This document shows positions 37,901 to 47,188 of a stretch of 64,000 nt of DNA, in pieces (within the stretch, counting starts at the first letter, position 1; each line of letters begins with the position of its first letter). The notes beneath the pieces are model-generated. The model had not been told where the DNA came from, made no database searches, and saw nothing but the letters and a program-made list of their open reading frames with translations. Made by a program: the position numbers and the translations under genes. Source of the DNA: Bilabrum cf. latius (taxonomy: Eukaryota). Location: assembly GCA_965178125.1 (NCBI GenBank), contig OZ237737.1:1550001-1614000 (forward strand). The letters run 5' to 3'.

Positions 37901-40029
37901 GCGCTGGCGCCCTCCACGGCCCTGTCCACCGTGCCCTCCAGGTCGGCCAGCAGCCGCATGACCTCCTCGTCCGTGGACACGGCCTCGAGGAGCTCCCTGG
38001 CCGTCTCGCGCATGCTGGCCTCGTTGCTGAGCCTCGACACCGCGGGGAGCAGCTTGAGCAGCCCCGACTCGTCCTCGTCGCTGAGCCGAGAGACGTTCCT
38101 GGGGTCCAGGAAGACCGAGGCCAGCAGGTACAGCGTCGTCTCGATGGTCTTGCTGGCCGTTGCCACGGCCTTCTTGCCCTGCTTGCTCGACAGGAACTGG
38201 GCAGAGGCCGAGTTCTCGTCCTCGTCCTCCTCCTCGCCCCCAGCGGCCGCGGCCCCGCTCGAACCCCCCGCCCCCGCCTGCGCCCGGATCTTGGACGTTG
38301 CCAGCCTCGCGGGAGTCATGGCGATGGTCCGCATGAGGTGCGGGACGACGTCGGCTCGCACCATGACGGTGAGGTTCCGCTGCGAGCTGGCCAGGTAGAT
38401 GAGGAGCTGCGTGGCGGCCAGCTGGATGGCCACGTTGTCGTCGTGCCCGTTCATAGCCACGCACACCGCCTCGATGATGCCGTCGCCAGTGAGTGCGTCG
38501 AGGTCGTAGTCGAACACGGCGGCGGTCTCTAGCAGCTGCATGGCAGCAAGGGAGTGGTCCTCGTGCTCGGGGTACTCCTTGAGCACTGCCAACGTGCGGT
38601 GGTACGCGCGCGCCATGGCCAGCCGGCGCACCGCGTCGGGGCCCGTGGCCATGCGGTTCAGCGCGTCCGTGACAGCAAAGGCCGTGTCGGCCTCGGCGGC
38701 GTTGTCCGTCAGTGTCTTGAGCATCTGCCGCAGCGTGGCGTCGGACCCGTCCTGCTCGAGGAAGCTCGACTGCGACTCGGCGATGCGGCCGATGGCGCGG
38801 GCGGCGCCCGCCGAGGCCTTGGCGATGCCGGAGCCCAGCATGGTCTGCAGCGCGGAAACACCTCCCTCCTTGACGATTCTCTCCACATTGTCCTCCTCGG
38901 TGGCGAGGTTGGAGAGCAGCAGGGCCAAGAACTCCTGCTTCTCCTTGGGCGTGGAGGGATTTTGCATCTCGCGGAGCAGCTCCGAGACGTTACCCGAGGC
39001 CAGCTTGGTGAGCACGCGTCCTCCAATCTTGGACACGCGTTCGTTGGCCTGGAAGGACTCGGACACGCGGGCGATGCGGTCAAGCGCCGAGAACTCGCCG
39101 CGCAGCCGGTCCGCCCCGGTCTTGTCCTTGGACATGCGCTCAAAGGAGCGAAACATGGACTGCGCCACGTCGGCACGGTCCTCGTACAGCTCGTCCTCGA
39201 GCGTTTCGAGCATGATTTCAACGCCGCCGGCGTCCATCACGGCCTGTGCCCCGGTGGCCGTCTTGGTGAGGCGCTCGACCACGCGGGCCATGCCGAGCAC
39301 GACGTCCGGGCGCGTCTCCTTGAAGGCCTGCATGATGTGCAGCACCTCGCCGATACCACTGGTTTCCTCCTTCACGTTCTTGCGCAAGCTCTTGCGCGTT
39401 TTGAGAAGCCCTTCGGGGGCCTTCTGGCTGATGCTCATGAGGAGCTGAATGGTGTCGTCCAGCTGCTTGCTGGCCTTCCCGCTCTTTCCCGACATGGAAT
39501 CCAGGGAAGCGCACATCACACCAACTACATTGCGATCTACCAAATCGCTTGCGTACTTTGGGTTGCTTGAAAATCCAGAGAGGCACGCGATAGAGGCTTC
39601 CTGCACGGCCTCATCAGCGGGATGCAGCTTTAGCACGTCCAGCACCGCGTTTGCGGCCTTGTTCTCGAATGCCTGCGAAGAAAAATTGAACATACCGATG
39701 TTAACATAATGAAAACTGGGAGATGTTGGGCCGTGCGCCTGTGGTTGAGGGTGAGCGATTCATGACTCACATCCTTCAGGTTGCGCTCCCATCCGATGGC
39801 AGGCGGCGTAATCACCTGTTTCAGGCACTGAACAGAGTAGCTGGCAAGCTGCCTGAACTTTTTATGCTTCTTCACTGAAGCGACCTGTTGGGATAGGTTT
39901 ATAGTACTTATGGGCGAGTGGGAAAGGCGTCCGCGCACGGGACTGAATCATGATCGGGAAGCGCAGCTTCTGTTGGAGCCTTACCAGTCCTTTTACGCCT
40001 GATGATACGCCCCCACGTCTCGAAGACAT
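31939..40029 (-). CDS. Giant armadillo/HEAT-repeat protein (~2630 aa) with a C-terminal PH-like domain; introns 39885-39984 and 39673-39770; 1 in-frame TAG
   Basis: ORFs 35227..39693 and 31939..35202 are in frame, joined by TAG-CAG-CAG at 35229. ARM-like repeats (GGVEAII.A, ALGN). Strong GC3 bias and canonical splice sites; ends TGA. Confidence 0.82.
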
Positions 40030-40405
40030 GATTGTTAATCACTTAGAGTGTGGCGTTTGCTGCAGACTGCGGTCGACTGCAACGAAACAATGCGAGGAGT
40101 CAGGTCGTGAGGTGAGCGCAAAGGCGCCGCGCACTGGCAGGCGCCGCCTCCTCTGCACAGGTTCCGCAAGCGGGAAAGCAGACGCAACAAGGCGATACGA
40201 AGGCTTTTTGAGGACACATGAGGGATTCGCAAAAAACAAAACAAAAAAGGATGAGCCATTAAGACCAATTCCTCTTTGCTAGGCATGAGCCGATTTGTAC
40301 CGCAACGGAGAGCACTGCAACACCCGGCCCGCTACTTGGGCACCCGCGTGTAGCATCGCATTGAATCCGTTCGAGCAGGCGACGGCCCACGGCCCACGGC
40401 CCCAC

Positions 40406-41416
40406 TCAGTTGGTCTTCTTTTTCTTGCCACCGCCGCGCTTCCTCTGCCTAGTCACAGAGTTGGGCGCACTTCCCTTGCCCGCCCTGCTCCGCTTGGCCT
40501 GCGCACCCTCGGGCACCTTGAGGTTCTGTCCGAAGCCCTGCTCGGAAGCAGCCGCGCCGGCAGCCGACTTGGAGGGAGAGATAAACTCCATGACGCGCTC
40601 CCCGGCCAGCACCATGACCACCACTCCGATGACGCCCACGGCGAAGAGCACCTGGAAGGTGGACTCGACCGTCACGCTCCCCTGCAGCGGGTTCACCAGC
40701 TGCACCGTCTCGTTGAAGAACAGGTTAGAGTACAGGCGGTCGTCGTCTCCCTCTTCGAAATACAAGACCCTCATCTCCATCTGCACCGGCTGCGACAGCA
40801 CGTTGCCCATGTGGAAGTTGTAGCTCAGCGAGGCCTCGCTGTAGTGCTCGACGCGCTCGTTGATAGACTGGAAGGTCAGGTTCATCAGCACCTGAGATGT
40901 ATCCATTGGGTTGCTAAGCTGTCCCAGGATCCCAGTCACGTTCTGATACTTGTTGTTCTCATTGATGAACGCGCACAACAGAGTAACGCGCTCGTTTGTA
41001 GGGATATCTGCGCAGACATGGATCAAGAAGCACATACACGAACAATTATGGGCGCAAATCAAACATCCAACAGAATGGTCCCACTGTGATCGCAAGCATG
41101 GATTCCAAAAGGATGACGATCGTGACAAAACAGCGCAGCACAACGTGGATCGGAGCAGGGCAGCAGCTAGTACCGTCCAATCAACCCTGAAAGACACACG
41201 AGTGGAACTTTGGATATCCTCACTATTGTTCAATACACCAGGCAGATGAGAGCGGGTATAAACCTTCGTGGCTGGGGGCGGGGGGTTCTGCATGGCCCGG
41301 TGCGTGATCATGAGCTGTCCGTTGCGCGGCGGCTGGTCAGCAGGCACGATAACTTGCTCCGAGAGGCATCCTACCATTCCACACACAACTGCAAGCGCCC
41401 CTAAAGCCAACTTCAT
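40406..41416 (-). CDS. SSR1: Translocon-associated protein alpha (TRAP-alpha/SSR1)-like; probable intron 41008-41223
   Basis: Signal peptide, lumenal domain (NVT.I.G.L..P.D...NLT..EASLSY.F..FFNETV), one TM helix and a basic tail. GTGAG donor and CAG acceptor; ends TGA. Confidence 0.75.
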   Translation of the reverse strand: MKLALGALAVVCGMVGCLSEQVIVPADQPPRNGQLMITHRAMQNPPPPATKVYTRSHLPGVLNNSEDIQSSTRVSFRVDWTVLAAALLRSTLCCAVLSRSSSFWNPCLRSQWDHSVGCLICAHNCSCMCFLIHVCADIPTNERVTLLCAFINENNKYQNVTGILGQLSNPMDTSQVLMNLTFQSINERVEHYSEASLSYNFHMGNVLSQPVQMEMRVLYFEEGDDDRLYSNLFFNETVQLVNPLQGSVTVESTFQVLFAVGVIGVVVMVLAGERVMEFISPSKSAAGAAASEQGFGQNLKVPEGAQAKRSRAGKGSAPNSVTRQRKRGGGKKKKTN

Positions 41417-41573
41417 GGCGGAGTCGTTGCGTTAGGTGCCACTAATTGCTGTGCCTGGCTTGCCGTGGTTCCGCTGATGCTCATTGAAACGTGTGGTTTT
41501 ACCGCGCAAACATGAATACAGGATTCTGCGGCGAATCTGGCTGCAAAGCAACACTGCTGGAACGTCTGCTCCA

Positions 41574-43337
41574 ATGCGACTCACCGCGAGCGCATGCTGT
41601 TTGTTGGGCAGTGTAGTACTGGCGCAGTCCGATGCCCCGACACAGATTCACATTGGTCTGGCTGGGCAGGACGCCCAGGGCAGGTGAGTGCTGACTGTAC
41701 TACTGAGCGAAACACGCGACTGAAGGATGCTTTCGCTCTAGCACCGTTCCAGTTGTTAAGTTGTGCTGTCGAAGTACTTGTTGAGGTTTGCCCATCGCCA
41801 AAGTTTCTGGTTGGGCGTAAGGAGCTGCCGAAGTGCAAGCGAAGATGCAGCCTACCGAAAGTCGGTGCTCCCCACGTGTGTCTCGCCGTGTCTTGGACTC
41901 GCCCGTGCTTGCAGGTCTGACGGAATGGTTGCTAGCTGGTAGACCAAGGGGGCCACCGATACTTCCATCGTAATGTGGGGAGAGAGCCCGCAGTCGCTGG
42001 ACAAGACGGCGTCAGGCACTTGCGCAACCTACCTGCCCGGAGACGATGAAGGCAGCTTCTCGCACCACGCGATCATGACAGGGCTCAGTCCTTCGACCTC
42101 GTATTTCTACAAGGTGGGCGATGCCACCGCGGGCTTCTCGGACGTGATGCAGTTCAAGAGCTCCCCCGCCGCCACGGACGACTCCACCATTTCCTTCATG
42201 CTCTGGGGCGATATGGGCGCTGCCAAGCCATCTGAGTCGAACCAGTCCATCGAGCTGATCCGTCAATTCCACAAGGAAGGACGCGCGGATTTCATGCTGC
42301 ATGTCGGCGACGTGAGTGCGGAGTGACTGGAGCGATGGCTTTCCCACCCACCCGTAGTCTAGTCAGCTGCCCCTGCACTGCACCTCTCCTCACTCTCTAC
42401 ACCCCCTTGCCCCAAGTCTTGGCTTCCATTCCATCCCCCCTCGTGCATTGCATTGCAGATCAGTTACGCGGACGACTACTTGCTGGTGGACCCCCTCAAG
42501 TTCGGGTACGAGCAGACCTGGAACACCTTCATGGACGAGATGAGCCCCGTGGCCAGCAGGCTGCCGTACATGGTGCTCCCCGGCAACCACGAGGCCCAGT
42601 GCCACAGCCCTTCGTGCATCCTCGAGACGTCTGACAGGGGACAGCGGCTGACGAATTTCACGGCCTACAATGCGCGCTTCCGCATGCCTTCACCCGAGAC
42701 GGATGGCGTGATGAACATGTGGTTCTCGTACAACTACGGGCCCGTGCACTTCGTCCACATCGACACCGAAACGGATTTCCCGGGGGCGCCCATGGATTCG
42801 TACGTGGGCCTCGAGACGGGCGGGTTCGGCAGGCAGATGGACTGGCTGGCCGCGGACCTCGCCAAGGCCTCCTCCCCCGAGGAGAGGAAGCTGCGCCCCG
42901 TGATCATCGTGGCGGGGCACAGGCCCGTCTACTCGGTGGACTCCACCGACGGGCACGGGAATCCCGCGGGGTCTGCCAGGTCGCTGCAGGCGGCCATCGA
43001 GCCCTTGATGCTGCAGCACAACGTGACCCTCTACCTCTGCGGGCACAAGCACTCGTACGAGCTGCACTGGCCCGTGGCAGACGGCCAGCTTGTGCAGCGG
43101 TCCTTCTACAAGCCGAGGACCCCCGTGTATATGGTGCAGGGAGCAGGAGGGAACATCGAGTCGTACACGAGTTATTCTAACGACCCAGCGCCGTCGTGGG
43201 GCCGCTACTGGGAGGGCACCTACTGGGGCGTGGGGCTCATGACCGTGAACCGCACCGCCGTCTCTTGGGAAATGTACTCGGCCGCGAACGGGTCGGTCAC
43301 GGACACGATGCTGCTCACGCTCCCCTCCGGGCTGTGA
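41574..43337 (+). CDS. Secreted purple acid phosphatase (metallophosphoesterase); introns 41684-41914 and 42312-42458; 1 in-frame TAG
   Basis: Signal peptide; FN3-like N-domain (PTQIH, MVASW*T, YFYKVG); metal motifs GDMG, GD|ISY, GNHE, GHRP and GHKH. TAG at 41940; ends TGA. Confidence 0.92.
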
Positions 43338-44076
43338 GCTGATTGGATATCTCCGTGTAATTCACCCGGGTGCTTGCGGGCGCGTGGTCGCTTCCCTCCA
43401 GGCAACTAGGTGCTTTGGGGGATCCGACCGCGAGCGAGGAGCCAAACCGGGACGTTATAGCTGCTGATAGTCTGTGAACTGTTGAAAAGGAATAAGGGAT
43501 TTCGTACGATTAACTGCTTGAAATTTCAAAGGAATCGTGTTCAGAGCTTAAATACAAGCAAGAGATCTTGGAATGCCTTGCGAAGTCCCGCCCGCCGCAA
43601 GATTCGCCCATGGTTTGCAGCGCACCAGCCCAGCAACACACGGCTGACGACAGGATCGGCTGCGCACCCATGACCCCGGCCCCGGCTCACGAATTCCACG
43701 CGCTCTCGCTCGGCCTAGGCCATGCAATTGCGACGTGGGATCGCGATAATGGGGGAGGGGATACAGGGTGCGCGGCCGTCCGCGTCCGGCCGAGTTGTGG
43801 CCAGGCATCGGCGATGCAGGCGAGCCTTGCGGTCGGAAACAAGTGGAGACCCCAGCAGGCCGATCTCCGAATCAATCGACCAGGAACGAACAGGAAACGC
43901 CATAGCTCCGAACCTATGGGGAAGAGATAGGAGGGTTCGGAAAGGGGGGGAACAGGAACGCGGGGGGAGAGGCAACCGCGCCGCCCGCCGCCATCCACCG
44001 AGCTTGGTACTCGTGAGCACCGGCCGGGCAGCCAAGTGGCGGTACGCCTGGTTGCCAGTGCGACGCCCTTCCTCTA

Positions 44077-46351
44077 TCAGTAGTAACCGCCAGCACCGGA
44101 CTGCTGGGCAGCCATCTCGCTGCCAGTGATCTGCCCGTCGGTCGGTGCCGACCCGCCGGTCCACTCGACGTCCTCGTACTCGCCGGGGCCCTCGTCGGCG
44201 ACGCCTTCGTCCAGCCACCAGGGGACGTCGGTCGGGTCACCACCGACGTTCCCCGCCGCATCGCCGCCGGAAGCGTGCGCGTCCTCGTGCGAGACCTGGG
44301 CCCCGCCGGTCTGAGAGTCGTGCTTCAGCAGAGAGGCCTAGGCCCCATCCCCGGCCGCACCGTCCGAGCCCGCGGCCCCGTACGAATACAGGGACGTCGG
44401 ATCCCCCCTGTTCCCTCCGTTGAGGGAGGTCACGGAGCTGGCGTCCTCCCCATCGCTGGTCTTGCTCTCCTGCGCGTCCTTGGCCTCCTGCTCCTTGAGC
44501 TCCTAGTAGAAGCGGCTGGTCTTGAGCTGCTTGGAGGACATCTTGAACAGGTTCACGTCCTGGCCGCGCGCCTGCAGGCCCACGCCGTCCCCTGGCTGCA
44601 CCATCACCATGTAGCCCACTGCGGCCACATACACGATGCCCACGATCACGGTGCCCGCGATGGTGCCTCCCTTGCTCCAGTCGAAACCCTCCACGACCGA
44701 GTAGATGTTGAAGCCCAGGATCATGATGGTCATGAGCCACAGCCCGATCTGCACCCACCACGGATTCGCGTACGGTCCCATGATCTTCTCGCTGCACGTG
44801 ATGCGCACCAGCGGGACGACAGCGAAGGGCAGCAGCAGCGACTGCGCCACGTTGATCCACTGGTTGAGTCCGTCCATGTTGGAGGCGAAGGCCAGAGCCA
44901 CCACCATGGACGGGATGACCGCCACGGACCGCGTGATGAGCGTGCTCTGCCACAGGGGCAAGTCCAGGTCGAAGAAGCCGCGGAAGACGGCCTGCCCCGC
45001 GTACGTCCCGGTCATGGTGGAGGACTGCCCCGCGGCCAGCAGACCCACGGCCCAGAGGTACTTGCCCGCCGAGCCGAGCTGCTGGTCCAGCACGATGTGG
45101 GCTTGGGACAGGCCCACATTCACGCACAGGAAGTCGGGGTTCCCGGGGACGGGGCACACCCTGTCACCGTGGGGCGAGTAGAACGCCTTGGCGAACGCGC
45201 CCACCACGGTGAGGTTGATGATGAACGAGACGAAGAGGGAGAGGCACGTCTCGATCGTGAAGTAGGCAGACGCCTCGTCCAGGCCCGCCCTCGAGGAGCG
45301 GGTGATCTTCCGGCTGCGCACGAGGGCCGAGTGCAGGAAGAGGTTGTGCGGCATGATGATGGAGCCCAGGATGCCAACGGCCACGAGCGCCGTCCCCTTG
45401 GGGAGCCTCGGCACGATGGTGCCCTCGGCGATGGCGGCGTTGTCGGGGTCCGACATGGCGTACACGGCCACGAACGACACGGCCATGGTTCCCACCAGCA
45501 CGGCGAAGAACGCCTCCAGTTTCTGCATGCCGAGCTTCTCCAGCGCGAGCAGCGTGAAGGTGTCCAGCGTCGTGATGAGCACGCCGATCCAGAGGTACTT
45601 GCTCGAGAGCCCGAACAGGATGTTGAACGCGATCGCCGAACCGACCACCTCCTGCACGTCAGAGGTGATGATGGCCAGTTCCATCGCGGCGAACATGCTA
45701 TAGGCGAGCACGGGAGGGTACTCGTCCCTGCAGATATGAGCGAGGGACCGACCGCCGACGATGCCGGATCGAAGCGCGAGGATCTGCACCAGGGCTCCGA
45801 GCACCGTGGACCACAGGAGCACCCACAAAATCGGATTGCCTGCCTGGATTCCGCTCTGAAGATCGGCTTCGAGATTTCCCTGCAGGGAATGGGTAAGCCT
45901 GGCCGGTATTCGTCAAGAGTGTAGCTTTGATGCAGCGGACATTAACAAATGCAGCCTAGAATAGGTCATTGCAGGCATGAAACCAATACACTCACTGGAT
46001 CTAAGAAGGCAATGCATACCAGTAGCTGCGCGTGCGGGCGGATCAACGCGTGGGCAGGGGAGAAAGCAGCTGACGCAACACCTTGGCTGACAATACGGTC
46101 ATGGTACCATCGTTCCAAAACCGCGGCAACAGACACGTGAGAGCAACAGAAGCATGAAGCTATCTCACACCGGGGCCTGCGTATGACCAGAAACGATTGA
46201 AGCTCCACTGGAAAGAGCCGTCCTTTCCGACTGGGGTCCCGTCGACAACTACATTCCCCTCGATGTCGTGGTTGAACATGCGCTCCACCCAGTTCAACTC
46301 TTTGTCAGTTTCTCTCTCAAAAGTATTGGGGGTCATCTCAGCGGTCGACAT
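44077..46351 (-). CDS. NRAMP: NRAMP/SLC11 divalent metal transporter; introns 46026-46168 and 45880-45995 flank a 30-bp micro-exon; 2 in-frame TAG
   Basis: YAGPG|LLVCIAFLDP|GNLEADLQSG, IIMPHNLFLHS and GQSSTMTGTYAGQ. TAGs at 44503 and 44338 in the C-tail; ends TGA 44077-79. Confidence 0.93.
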
Positions 46352-46520
46352 GGCAGGTATCTGCGCTATCCCGATATCAAACCGAGCTTGACGGTACCTC
46401 AATGCGCTGACGCCGTCACACACTCAAAACGAACCTTGCTGGAGGTTCGGCTGGGGTTCGTCATTCGTGGCGGTGCACTCTGCCACGTATTCATTCGATC
46501 ACAGAATTGATTCCTTGGAG

Positions 46521-47099
46521 ATGGCCGTTTCGTCCGTGCGCCGAGTTTCGAATCTGATGTCACGCACGCTTCAAATCGCTCGAGGAGGCAGGCGGCTCTT
46601 CCATGTGTCTGGGGGATCCAAGATCGCCGTTGGCGACGCGATCCCTGCGGATGTTCCTGTCCAGGACGGTGCTCCGGGTGAGACAAAGCCGCTTGGAGAC
46701 CTGTTGGGAAAAGGAAAGAATATCCTTACCGGCGTACCGGCTGCGTTCAGCCCAACGTGTAGCGAGACTCACATTCCGGGATACATCGAGCATGCGGATG
46801 CTATCAAGGCGAAAGGGGTCGATGAGATCTACGTGCTGAGCGTGAACGATGCGTTCGTCATGTAGTAGTGGGGGAAGCAATTGGGCGCGGATGGCAAGGT
46901 GAAGATGGTTGCGGACGTGGACGGGGCCGCAACAGCGGCAATGAACGAAGGGTTCGTTGCGGAGGCCGTGTTCGGGAAGTCACCCAGGTCAACGCGGTAT
47001 GCCCTGCTCGTGGAGGACGGGAAGGTTACCCAGGCGCTTCTTGAGGGAGGCCCCGGGTTCGAGAAATGCTCCGCGGAGGAGATGCTCAAGCTGCTTTGA
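46521..47099 (+). CDS. PRDX5: Type II peroxiredoxin (PRDX5-like) with a mitochondrial-type presequence; tandem TAG TAG in frame
   Basis: GVPAAFSPTCSETHIPGY..SVNDAFVM**WGKQLGA..RSTRYALLVEDGKV. TAGs at 46863 and 46866; ends TGA. Confidence 0.93.
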
Positions 47100-47188
47100 A
47101 TGAATCGGGGCGTGCATGACATGCCAGGATGATATTCCGTATACAATGGGCTACCAGAACATCAATGAAGTGGATCCAGCGCATACCT

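Noticed and set aside
31963-38532. 2189-aa plus-strand ORF, and other long antisense ORFs such as 60872..63958, 5803..8433 and 33815..38464
   Set aside because: These are shadow frames of GC3-biased real genes, with skewed composition and no recognisable domains.
41008-41223. 72-aa insertion in TRAP-alpha as shown in the ORF track
   Set aside because: It is bounded by GTGAG and CAG and has non-coding-like composition, so it is more likely a stop-free intron whose length is a multiple of 3.
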